A DNA stretch of 64,000 nucleotides from Dehalococcoidia bacterium (GTDB lineage Bacteria > Chloroflexota > Dehalococcoidia > UBA2979). This document shows, piece after piece, positions 1-9,579 of this stretch (its first letter is position 1; the number at the start of each line of letters is the position of its first letter). A program made the position numbers and the translations under genes. Below the pieces are notes generated by a model. It saw only the letters and a program-made list of their open reading frames with translations, had not been told where the DNA came from and did no database searches. The stretch covers positions 31,997 to 95,996 of the forward strand of contig JACKCJ010000009.1 in assembly GCA_020634075.1 (NCBI GenBank). The letters run 5' to 3'.

Positions 1-137
1 ACATCGACACGGCTGGACGAGCGCGAACTCCCGGAGCGCGCGAGGGCCCGAGCACGGATCACCCGACCCACGGGACGGGTGGCACGGACTCGGACGCCGG
101 GATCCGGGGCCGAACGCTGTAGAAGGAGACTGGTGCC

Positions 138-464
138 TTGGCCACGAACGTTGTCCCGATGACCGACCACATCGTCCTCACCCCCGTCGAGCAGGAGGAG
201 ATCTCCGCCTCGGGCCTCGTGATCCCGGACTCCGCCAAGGAGAAGCCGCAGCACGGCCACGTCGTCGCCGTCGGCCCCGGCAAGCGCAACGACAAGGGCG
301 ACCTCGACACGATCGACCTCGCCTCCGGCGACCGCATCCTGTACCAGAAGTACACCGGCCAGGAAGTCACGGTGGACGGCTCCGAGTACATCATCATCCG
401 CTTCCAGGACGTCCTCGCGAAGCTGGACGAGGGCGCCGCGCCGGCCAAGAAGGCGAAGAAGTAG
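138..464 (+). CDS. groES: co-chaperonin GroES (Cpn10)
   Basis: 108-aa ORF. TTG start at 138 with GAAGGAG SD at 123-129. Full-length Cpn10-like sequence (VLTPVEQEE..GLVIPDSAKEKPQHGHVVAVGPG..ILYQKYTGQEV). Directly upstream of groEL. Confidence 0.95.
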   Translation: MATNVVPMTDHIVLTPVEQEEISASGLVIPDSAKEKPQHGHVVAVGPGKRNDKGDLDTIDLASGDRILYQKYTGQEVTVDGSEYIIIRFQDVLAKLDEGAAPAKKAKK

Positions 465-528
465 AGCGGGCGAGAAGGAGCGCCGGGCACACGTCCGGAC
501 TGCCACGCCCGACCGATCGCTGATCGAC

Positions 529-562
529 GGCGTGCCGCACCACCCCTCCGGTGCGGCACGCC
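529..562 (+). other. perfect 13-bp stem / 8-nt loop hairpin inside the 154-nt groES-groEL spacer
   Basis: GGCGTGCCGCACC (529-541), loop ACCCCTCC, GGTGCGGCACGCC (550-562). The arms are exact reverse complements. No U-tract follows. Confidence 0.6.
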
Positions 563-615
563 GAATCCACCCGCCCTCCCGAGACCGGCAGGGCGGACCA
601 TCCCGAAGGGACTGA

Positions 616-2259
<1,644 letters not shown>

Positions 2260-2297
2260 GCCGATCACCTGTAGTCCCACCTGCTGGGCCACACACC

Positions 2298-2323
2298 GAG
2301 GGCCACCCGCACGGGTGGCCCTC
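2298..2323 (+). terminator. stem-loop downstream of groEL
   Basis: GAGGGCCACCC / GCAC / GGGTGGCCCTC, an 11-bp perfect stem starting 39 nt after the groEL stop. The tail GTCGTTCCCGTCGTT is T-poor. Confidence 0.55.
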
Positions 2324-2521
2324 GTCGTTCCCGTCGTTCGCGCTGTTCGCGGCATTCGCGCCGGCCACGCGCGGCCCGTGCTCCGTCGTACGGTCGACAA
2401 CGTTGTACGTTCGACGTCGCACGTTCGACGGTGTTCACGCGTGCGTGTTATCAACGGTGCCGGGCACCCAGTGACAGGCCGGAGGACTCCGGCGGCACGG
2501 GTGACCCAGGGTGGAGCTCCC

Positions 2522-3688
2522 ATGACCGCATCGAACTCGACCGCCGATCCCGCGAGCGCGGAGGCGCTACCGCCGCCCGAGGAGATCGTCGCGCCGAGCG
2601 GGGCCCGTGGCGCGCTCTACCGGCTGCGCACGCCGATGACCTCCACCGCGCTGCCGTGGGTCATGCCGTACGCGTTCGTCCCGCCGAGCTCGTCTGATGC
2701 GGGCGTGACGCTCTTCGACGCCGGCTACGGCACCGCCGAGGCGACCGAGGCGCTCACCGCCCAGCTGGAAGCGCTCGGCCGGACGCCGGCCGACGTGCAG
2801 CGGCTGATCGTCTCGCACTTCCACCCGGACCACGTCGGCATGGCCGGCTGGCTCAAGGAGCAGAACGCCGACCTCGAGCTGGTGATGCACCGCGCCGACG
2901 CCGCGATCTACTCCGGCATGGAGCGCGGCCACGACCACTGGGAACAGACGATGCGCCAGTGGGGCATCCGCCACGGCTTCGACCCGGCCGACCTCGACCA
3001 GGCCGAGGAGGAACGCCGCGAGCGGCGTGAGCGTGAGCGCGAGCACCGCCACCAGAAGTCCGAGGACACCTCCCGCGAGACCGAGAAGCGGCAGTGGGAG
3101 ATGCGTCGCGTGGAGCCGGCGCGACTGGTCGAGGACGGCGAGGAGATCGCCTTCGACGGATGGACGCTGGTCTCACAGTGGACGCCCGGCCACACGCCGG
3201 GCCACCTCTGCATCCACGTCCCGGATGAACGCCTGACCTTCACCGGCGACCACGTGCTGTCCCGGATCACCCCGAACGTGTCGTTCCACCCCGAGGACGA
3301 GGAGGGCGACCGAAACCCGCTCGCCGAGTTCCTCGCGTCACAGCAGAAGACCGCCGAGCTGGACACGCGCCTCGCGCTTCCCGCGCACGAAGCGCTGATC
3401 GACGACCTCCCGGCGCGCTGCAACGAGATCATCGAGCACCACGACCACCGCGCCGACGAGGTCATCGCGGGCATCGACACAAGCGACGGCGCCGCCGGCT
3501 CGACGGCCTACGAGATCGCCTCGCGCGTGACGTGGAACCGGCCGTGGGAGACCTTCTCGGTCTGGAAGCGCCGCTCCGCGATCGGCGAGACGCTCGCGCA
3601 CCTCCGCCTCGTCGAGACGCAGGGCCGCGTCCGCCGCGTCGAGGACCTCGACGGCGAGCACCCCGTCGTGCGCTGGATGCCGAGCTAG
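2522..3688 (+). CDS. MBL-fold metallo-hydrolase with charged insert and C-terminal winged-helix-like segment
   Basis: Metal-ligand motifs HFHPDHVG (HxHxDH), TPGHTPGH, FTGDHV, PAHE. The track ORF begins at 2315, but its first 69 codons are Arg-rich filler, so ATG 2522 (MTASNST) is preferred. Start uncertain. Confidence 0.85.
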   Translation: MTASNSTADPASAEALPPPEEIVAPSGARGALYRLRTPMTSTALPWVMPYAFVPPSSSDAGVTLFDAGYGTAEATEALTAQLEALGRTPADVQRLIVSHFHPDHVGMAGWLKEQNADLELVMHRADAAIYSGMERGHDHWEQTMRQWGIRHGFDPADLDQAEEERRERREREREHRHQKSEDTSRETEKRQWEMRRVEPARLVEDGEEIAFDGWTLVSQWTPGHTPGHLCIHVPDERLTFTGDHVLSRITPNVSFHPEDEEGDRNPLAEFLASQQKTAELDTRLALPAHEALIDDLPARCNEIIEHHDHRADEVIAGIDTSDGAAGSTAYEIASRVTWNRPWETFSVWKRRSAIGETLAHLRLVETQGRVRRVEDLDGEHPVVRWMPS

Positions 3689-3714
3689 CGCCGACCGTTC
3701 CCGTCGGCCGGCCC

Positions 3715-3739
3715 CAACCTCGGCGAATGGCCGAGGTTG
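3715..3739 (+). terminator. stem-loop after MBL gene
   Basis: CAACCTCGGC / GAATG / GCCGAGGTTG, a 10-bp perfect stem 27 nt after the stop. No U-tract. Confidence 0.5.
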
Positions 3740-3861
3740 TCGCGCAAGCCATCGACGGCGCGCGATGTCGCTACGCCTCCGCAACCCTCCTCGCCGCACG
3801 GTCATGAGTGCGGGGCGCGAGCCCTGCGCGACCGGTTCCGCGAGACCCGAGGAGGACCTCG

Positions 3862-4095
3862 ATGGCAGTGCCCCAGCGACAGCAGTGTGAACACTGCGGC
3901 GCGTCGATGATCGACCCCGCCGCATACGAGAAGCACCTGGCCGAGCACCAGCCACGCGGACGCCGCGAGCGCGGTCAGATCGCGCCCGGCCCCGAAGACC
4001 AGACCGAGGCGGCGGCGGCGGTACGCGAGGAACTCGCCGACCGCGCCCACACCCCCGGCGGCGCCGAACGCCTCCACGACGAGGCGCGTCGGTAG
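3862..4095 (+). CDS. small protein with single C2H2-type zinc-finger motif (77 aa)
   Basis: ATG 3862 with GGAGG at 3851-3855. Motif C-EH-C-GASMIDPAAYEK-H-LAE-H = C-x2-C-x12-H-x3-H. High GC3 throughout. The track ORF (3808) extends 18 codons upstream of the SD-linked ATG. Confidence 0.6.
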   Translation: MAVPQRQQCEHCGASMIDPAAYEKHLAEHQPRGRRERGQIAPGPEDQTEAAAAVREELADRAHTPGGAERLHDEARR

Positions 4096-4146
4096 CCCGG
4101 CCGAACAATCCGCGCGCCCCCGGTGCGCCAGCGAAGGAGCCCAGAC

Positions 4147-4335
4147 ATGGCCGAAGAGAACATGCAGTGCCCGGACTGTGGCATGAAGTTCGACGACGCG
4201 GAGCAGTACCGCGAGCACCGCGCGAAGGAGCATCCGCGCGCTGAGATCGAGGACACCCTCCAGGGCTCGACGAACACCGGCGCCTCCACGGGCGTCCAGG
4301 AGCCGGCCGGCCCGCGCCACGACGAGGGACGCTAG
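4147..4335 (+). CDS. small protein with single C2H2-type zinc-finger motif (62 aa)
   Basis: ATG 4147 with AAGGAG at 4134-4139. Motif C-PD-C-GMKFDDAEQYRE-H-RAKE-H = C-x2-C-x12-H-x4-H. High GC3. Confidence 0.65.
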   Translation: MAEENMQCPDCGMKFDDAEQYREHRAKEHPRAEIEDTLQGSTNTGASTGVQEPAGPRHDEGR

Positions 4336-4337
4336 CG

Positions 4338-4691
4338 ATGGACCCGTCGAACCCGCTCTCCGACGAGACGTACGAGTGCCTCGAGCACGGCCGGCGCTTC
4401 GAGAACCGCGCGGACTACCTCGCGCATCGCACCGCGGACCACCTCGACGCCCCGGCGGACGCCGCCGCGGACCGGGATGAGATCCCCCGCGCCGGCGATG
4501 CTGAGCCGGGCTCCGGCCCCCTCGCCGGCGCGGAGTCCGCGAAGGCGGAGCAGTCCGACGAGTCCGAGGGCCTCGAGGAGCGCATGGTCAGTTACGGCCA
4601 GACCGAGGATCACCCGGCGCGACTGGAGCACGACGACCGCCTCGAGCGGGACGTGCATCGTGCCCCGACGCCCTCGGACACGAACCGCTAG
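4338..4691 (+). CDS. small acidic protein with degenerate (C-H-H-H) zinc-finger motif (117 aa)
   Basis: ATG 4338, 2 nt after the previous stop; GAGGGA lies upstream. Motif Y-E-C-LE-H-GRRFENRADYLA-H-RTAD-H is paralogous to the two preceding ORFs. The tail is acidic and low-complexity. Confidence 0.6.
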   Translation: MDPSNPLSDETYECLEHGRRFENRADYLAHRTADHLDAPADAAADRDEIPRAGDAEPGSGPLAGAESAKAEQSDESEGLEERMVSYGQTEDHPARLEHDDRLERDVHRAPTPSDTNR

Positions 4692-4725
4692 CTCGGCTCA
4701 AACCGCCAGCTCCGCTCAAACCGCT
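4690..4725. repeat. 18-bp x2 tandem direct repeat abutting the stop of the third zinc-finger ORF
   Basis: AGCTCGGCTCAAACCGCC (4690-4707) and AGCTCCGCTCAAACCGCT (4708-4725), 16/18 identical. Confidence 0.8.
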
Positions 4726-4752
4726 CGCGCAGGGCGGTCGCGTCCTTCAGCC

Positions 4753-5508
4753 CTACATCGCCTTGAGGCGCTCGGCGACGAAGGCGCGGCCGGCCTTGCG
4801 GCCCTCCTCGGGCATCTCGGCGTGCGCGCCGAGGTAGGAGAGGAGCCGCTTGTCGCGGGTACCGAAGAGGTCGAACAGCGCGAGTGAGCCGTCGCGCGTG
4901 AAGCGCTCGTCGTTCCATTGCATGATGAAGACCACCGGGCAGCGGACGAGCGGCGCTCGGTTCACGAGCAGTCCGCCGATGCTGCTGCGTGACGGCGTCG
5001 AGCCGGCCGTGCCGCACAGACCGAGGGCGGCCACCTTGATGCGCGGCTCCGAGGCGACGTACGGGACGCCGATCAGCGAGCCCATCGACATGCCGGACCA
5101 GCCGACCCGCTCCGGGTCGAACCAGCCGGTCTCGAGCAGGGAGGTGAGGACGAGCGACCAGTCCGCGTTGGCGTTGTCGGTCATCACCTCGGAGTCCGCC
5201 CACAGCGCGTAGTACTCGGGAGAGCGTCCGGCGACGCCGCCGCGCTCACCGTGGCCGGGGGCGTCGATCGCCACCGCGGGGATGCCGTGCTCGAGGACGA
5301 AGCCACGCCCCGTCGGCACGATGCTCGGCGCCTTCTTGTTCCCACCGCCGCCGTGGCCGATGAGGACCAGTGGCGAGTTCGCGGGGACGCCGCCCTCCGG
5401 CGACCACATCACGCCGGTGATCGTGTCACGCGCCCCCTGGATCTCGAACTCACGCTCGCGGACACCGTCCGCCACCGTGCCATCGCCTCGCCAGTTGATG
5501 TCCGCCAT
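4753..5508 (-). CDS. alpha/beta hydrolase (dienelactone-hydrolase-like)
   Basis: 251 aa. GHGGGGNKK segment and G-M-S-M-G-S nucleophile elbow (G-x-S-x-G). Coding-like GC3. Confidence 0.8.
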   Translation of the reverse strand: MADINWRGDGTVADGVREREFEIQGARDTITGVMWSPEGGVPANSPLVLIGHGGGGNKKAPSIVPTGRGFVLEHGIPAVAIDAPGHGERGGVAGRSPEYYALWADSEVMTDNANADWSLVLTSLLETGWFDPERVGWSGMSMGSLIGVPYVASEPRIKVAALGLCGTAGSTPSRSSIGGLLVNRAPLVRCPVVFIMQWNDERFTRDGSLALFDLFGTRDKRLLSYLGAHAEMPEEGRKAGRAFVAERLKAM

Positions 5509-5596
5509 CAGGGGCTCCTCTCGCCGCTGTCGTTCTGCGCCGCGAGAGGGTTCCGACTGCCCGGGCGGGATCTGGGACTACCCGGACGGGACTGGA

Positions 5597-6202
5597 TCAG
5601 TCGAGAAGCGCGACGCCGTCGCGGAAGATAGCGCGTTCGAGGTCGGTCGCGAGCGCCGCCTCGGCCTCGTCGGCCGAGAACGCCTCGAACCCGACGAAGA
5701 GCGCGTCCGCCTCCGGCTCTCCGGTGACCTCGACGGCGACGGCACGCAGCAGGCCCATGCTCGGACCGCCGGTGTACGGATGCCCCATCCGCGCCGGACG
5801 TCGCATCTCAGCGAGGCGGGGGGCACCCTCCAGGCGAACCGAGAGGTGCGTCCGCAGCAGGGAGGCGAGTCCGGCCTCGAGGCCTTCGTCGGCGTGGGGC
5901 GGCCAGGTGGAGAGCAACGTCGGTGGCGAGTCCTCGCGGCGGACGAGCAGGAAGCGACCGTCCTCGCGACGGCGGACGACGAGGAGGTACCACTCGGCGG
6001 GCTTGAGCAGCGCCGAGTCATCGCGCGCGGCACCCGGTTCAAGCGGGGTCGGAACGAAGGCGCCCTCGGCAGTCGGCTCGGGCGCGGCGTCGTCGAGCAG
6101 CGTCACGGCATTGTCCCCACGGTCGGCGCTGTCCGCCTCGGCCCTGTCGCCGGCGTCCGCCTGGGGGTCCGTGCTCACGTCCGTCGTCTCGTCGGCGCTC
6201 AC
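5597..6202 (-). CDS. hypothetical protein, acidic N-terminus, translationally coupled to M16 peptidase
   Basis: GTG at 6202 forms a GTGA overlap with the stop (6199-6201) of the upstream peptidase gene. High GC3. No confident family assignment. Confidence 0.65.
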   Translation of the reverse strand: MSADETTDVSTDPQADAGDRAEADSADRGDNAVTLLDDAAPEPTAEGAFVPTPLEPGAARDDSALLKPAEWYLLVVRRREDGRFLLVRREDSPPTLLSTWPPHADEGLEAGLASLLRTHLSVRLEGAPRLAEMRRPARMGHPYTGGPSMGLLRAVAVEVTGEPEADALFVGFEAFSADEAEAALATDLERAIFRDGVALLD

Positions 6203-7488
6203 GCGGAGCACCCGAGCGCGCGCTCGAGGTCGCCGGCGTCGACCGGCCCCACTGCCGCGAGGTGCCACGACTCCGGGACGATGACGCGACGTGCCACCTC
6301 CGTGACCTGGTCGAGCGAGACGGCCGCGGAGATCGCGAGCGCCTCCTCGGGCGTCCGGAGCGGCATCTCGAGGATGAGCTGCGAGCCGTAGAGCGCGGAC
6401 ACGGCTCGCGTGTCCTCCAGTCGGAGTTGCGTGCGTGAGCGAGCGACGGCCTTGGCGCGCTCCAGCTCGTCGGCGGTGATCGGGGCCTGCACCTTGCGAA
6501 GCTCGCGCCCCATCTCCGTGACGGCCTGCAGGATCCGCTCCGGGTCGACGCCGGAGTAGACCCCGAACATGCCGGTGTCGGTGAGCGTCGCCATGTACGA
6601 GTGGATGTCGTAGCAGAGCCCGAGGTCCTCCCGGAGCCGCGAGAAGAGCCGCGACGACATTCCCTCCCCGAGGACGATCGACAGGAGGTCCAGCGCGTAG
6701 CGGGCGTCGTCGTGCATGGAGACGGCGCGCATCCCGATCGAGACGTGGATCTGCTCGAGGTCCTTCTCGATCGTCTGCACGAGCGGGCCACGTGGCTCGT
6801 CGTGGTGCGGGATCAGCGACAGCGGCGTGCCGGGCTGCCAGTCGCCGAAGTGGCGCTCGACGAGCGCGAGGCCTTCGCCGACGTCGATCGCCCCGGCGAG
6901 GGAGACGACCGTCGCGTTCGGCACGTACTGGCGGCGGTAGTACTCGCGGATGCGGTCGTTTGGCATCGCGGTGACGGACGCCTCGGTGCCGGCGATGTCG
7001 CGGCCGTGCGGCTGGCCCGGCCAGAGCATCTCGTCCAGGAGGACGCCCACCTGCTCACTCGGCGAGTCGTCGACGGCGGCGAGCTCCTCGAGGATCACCC
7101 CGCGCTCGCGCTCGATCTCCTCGTCGATCAGGACCGAGTTGCGGAGCAGGTCGGCCAGCAGGTCGATCGCCTGAGCCACGTACTCCGGCGTGACCTTCGC
7201 GTAGTAGACGGTCAGCTCGCGGTTGGTGGCGGCGTTCATGTTGCCGCCGATCGCGTCGATCTCCATCGAGATCTGGAGCGGCTTCGGGCGGCGCTCGGTG
7301 CCCTTGAAGCAGAGGTGCTCGAGGAAGTGCGACAGGCCGGCTTCCTCGGTCGTCGCCTCGTAGCGGGAACCGGCGCCGACGTAGACCGAGAGCGACACCG
7401 AGCGTGCGTACGGCATCGGCGTGACGGCGACTCTCAGCCCGTTGTCGAGCGTGTGCACCGAAGGCGCCGCGAGCGCGTCTACCTGCAT
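6199..7488 (-). CDS. M16 family (pitrilysin/insulinase-like) zinc peptidase
   Basis: Inverted zinc motif HFLEHLCFKG (HxxEH). ATG 7488 (MQVDALAAPSVHTLDNG) chosen over track start 7782, whose 98 extra codons look non-coding. Confidence 0.9.
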   Translation of the reverse strand: MQVDALAAPSVHTLDNGLRVAVTPMPYARSVSLSVYVGAGSRYEATTEEAGLSHFLEHLCFKGTERRPKPLQISMEIDAIGGNMNAATNRELTVYYAKVTPEYVAQAIDLLADLLRNSVLIDEEIERERGVILEELAAVDDSPSEQVGVLLDEMLWPGQPHGRDIAGTEASVTAMPNDRIREYYRRQYVPNATVVSLAGAIDVGEGLALVERHFGDWQPGTPLSLIPHHDEPRGPLVQTIEKDLEQIHVSIGMRAVSMHDDARYALDLLSIVLGEGMSSRLFSRLREDLGLCYDIHSYMATLTDTGMFGVYSGVDPERILQAVTEMGRELRKVQAPITADELERAKAVARSRTQLRLEDTRAVSALYGSQLILEMPLRTPEEALAISAAVSLDQVTEVARRVIVPESWHLAAVGPVDAGDLERALGCSA

Positions 7489-7645
7489 ATGCGTCCGTGT
7501 CCGTGGACCCGCCGGGAGGGGAACCCGCGGATCGCCGCCGCCTGACGGATCGTGGTCGCGCGCTCGAAGCCCCTCGCGCGCGTTTCGCGACATCGTATCG
7601 CACGGCCCGGAGCGGCATACAGCCTGCACGCCTACCCTCGTCCCC

Positions 7646-8632
7646 ATGCCGCCGGCCCGAACGTCCCGACCATCCGCGAGCGCCACGCCGGCGCCCGATG
7701 TGCCGCCCGCGCGGGCGAGGGCGATCCAGCGCCGCCTCCTCGCCTGGTACGACGAACACGAGGAACCGTTCCCCTGGCGCACGGCGCGGGATCCCTACGC
7801 CGCGATGGTCGCGGCGGTCGCCGCGCAGCAGACGCAGATGTCCCGAGTGCTCCAGATCTACGACCGCTGGATGGCTGCGTTCCCCAACGTCCCGGCCCTC
7901 GCCGCAGCGGGTCGCGCCGAGGTGCTCCGGGTGTGGGCACGCGCCGGCTACCCCCGGCGCGCCGCGAATCTGCACGAGGCGGCGCGGGTGTGCGTCGAGC
8001 GATACGACGGGAAGCTGCCGCGCGACCGCGAGGCGATCCTCGCGCTGCCCGGGGTGGGACCGTTCACCGCGGCGATCATCCAGACCTTCGGCTTCGGCGA
8101 CGACGCGGCGGCGGTGGACACGAACATCGTCCGCGTCCTCGGACGGGTCGTGACGGGCGACCTCCAGCCGGCGAAGGAGACGCCGGCCGCGACGATTGCC
8201 GCGCTCGCCGAGCGCCTGTTGCCGCGTGGCGAGGCGTCGCGATGGAACCCCGCGCTCATGGACTACGGAGCGAAGGTCTGCCTCCCTCGGCCCCGATGCG
8301 AGGAGTGCGTCGTCGCATCACTGTGCGCGGCGCGGCCGCGCTTCGCCGGCGGCGAGACGGCCGAGCCGGTGCGCGCGCAGGGCGCGTGGCACGGATCCGA
8401 TCGGATGTGGCGCGGTCGCATCATGCAGGTGCTGCGTGACCTCCCGGAGGATCGAGGGCACACGACGACGATCGCGGCGCTCATGCGGCGCGTGCAGCCC
8501 GGGGACGAGCGTGCCCGCGTGCGCGCCCTCCTCGACGGCCTCGCGCGAGACGGGCTCGCGTGGGTCGAAGGCGCGAGGTGTGGCCTCGGATCGGCGCCGC
8601 CGCGTGATCGACTCGGCGAGGCGTCGCGCTAG
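7646..8632 (+). CDS. HhH-GPD base-excision DNA glycosylase, MutY-like N-terminal domain with non-canonical C-terminus
   Basis: LLAWYDEHEEPFPWR..DPY..QQTQ, LPGVGPFTA (HhH), AVDTNIVRVLGR (catalytic Asp), and four-Cys cluster CLPRPRCEECVVASLC. ATG 7646 preferred over track start 7421. Confidence 0.85.
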   Translation: MPPARTSRPSASATPAPDVPPARARAIQRRLLAWYDEHEEPFPWRTARDPYAAMVAAVAAQQTQMSRVLQIYDRWMAAFPNVPALAAAGRAEVLRVWARAGYPRRAANLHEAARVCVERYDGKLPRDREAILALPGVGPFTAAIIQTFGFGDDAAAVDTNIVRVLGRVVTGDLQPAKETPAATIAALAERLLPRGEASRWNPALMDYGAKVCLPRPRCEECVVASLCAARPRFAGGETAEPVRAQGAWHGSDRMWRGRIMQVLRDLPEDRGHTTTIAALMRRVQPGDERARVRALLDGLARDGLAWVEGARCGLGSAPPRDRLGEASR

Positions 8633-8675
8633 TCTGGAATCCCCCGCGGAGGCTCGCACCCGAGAGGACAGGCGC

Positions 8676-9323
8676 ATGGCTGAGATCGCTTACCAGGACC
8701 AGGACGTGATCGTGGAGGCGTACCTCGGCCTCGGGCGGATGGGAAACAACTGCTACGTGCTCCGCCCCACCTCGGACGGGCCGGTCACGATCGTCGACGC
8801 GCCGGAAGGCATCGAGGAAGTCATCAACGCCCTCGGCGGCGCGGCGATTGAGCGCACCGTCGTCACCCATTCCCACTTCGACCACTGGCTCGGCTTCGAA
8901 GTGCTCGGGACCGTCACCGACGCTCCGGTCTACGTCGGCGCGGACGAGGCCAACCTCGAGCCGTCGTGGAACGCACGACCGCTGGACGACGGCGAGACGT
9001 TCAGCGTGGGCGACGCACAGGTGCAGGTCATCGCGACGCCCGGCCACACGCCCGGCTCGATCTGCCTGCTCGTCGGCAAGGCCGTCCTCACCGGCGACAC
9101 GCTGTTCCCCGGCGGCCCCGGCCGGACGAAGACGCACGATGACCTCGAGACGGAGATCGAGTCGATCACGACGCGCCTGCACACGCTCGATCCGGAGACG
9201 GTCGTCCTCCCGGGCCATGGCCCCGGCACGACGGTCGAGGCGTCCCGCGCGGAGTACGAGGTCTTTGCCGCGAAGGACCACGACCCGGACCTGCACGGCG
9301 ACGTGCTCTGGGCGGAGTCGTAG
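8676..9323 (+). CDS. MBL-fold metallo-hydrolase (glyoxalase-II-like size)
   Basis: 215 aa from ATG 8676. Motifs THSHFDHWLG, TPGHTPGS, LTGDTLF, PGHGPGT. The track ORF (8196) is over-extended. Confidence 0.85.
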   Translation: MAEIAYQDQDVIVEAYLGLGRMGNNCYVLRPTSDGPVTIVDAPEGIEEVINALGGAAIERTVVTHSHFDHWLGFEVLGTVTDAPVYVGADEANLEPSWNARPLDDGETFSVGDAQVQVIATPGHTPGSICLLVGKAVLTGDTLFPGGPGRTKTHDDLETEIESITTRLHTLDPETVVLPGHGPGTTVEASRAEYEVFAAKDHDPDLHGDVLWAES

Positions 9324-9353
9324 CCACAGCGCCCTCGGAGTCACCCCATCGCG

Positions 9354-9378
9354 CCCCTTCCCCTCGAGGGGGAAGGGG
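9354..9378 (+). terminator. stem-loop after MBL gene
   Basis: CCCCTTCCCC / TCGAG / GGGGAAGGGG, a 10-bp perfect stem 31 nt after the stop. No U-tract. Confidence 0.5.
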
Positions 9379-9579
9379 ACCGGAATGTCCTCGCGCCTAC
9401 CTCAACCACATCGTCCGTCACCGCTCACCCTGAGCCTGTCGAAGGGGGAGCCATCGGGATGCCCGAGCGTCGGCGCGAGGCCGCGGTCGTTGTCGGAGCC
9501 CCACCACACCGCCGAAGCGCGCACACACTTCCTCCACACGCCACGGCGACGCTGGAAGCCTCAACGAAGGAGGCAACCA

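Noticed and set aside
3-122. Open frame running in from the left edge and ending at TAG 120-122
   Set aside because: It is only 39 codons of low-complexity sequence (Gly/Thr/Asp/Arg) with mixed third-position composition. It cannot be distinguished from non-coding sequence without the upstream context.
1-137. CIRCE operator upstream of groES (and upstream of dnaJ, 21038-21181)
   Set aside because: No TTAGCACTC-N9-GAGTGCTAA-like sequence is present in either stretch. For groES the element could lie beyond the window edge, so absence cannot be asserted.
5282-6391. 369-aa plus-strand ORF across the hydrolase / hypothetical / M16 region
   Set aside because: It is antisense to three minus-strand genes with good GC3 and motifs, and has no motifs of its own.
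8848-9579. Upstream 244 codons of track ORF 8848-10056 (overlapping the MBL gene in another frame)
   Set aside because: It is Arg/Ser/Pro-rich filler overlapping a well-supported MBL CDS and a terminator hairpin. The real gene starts at ATG 9580, behind GAAGGAGG.
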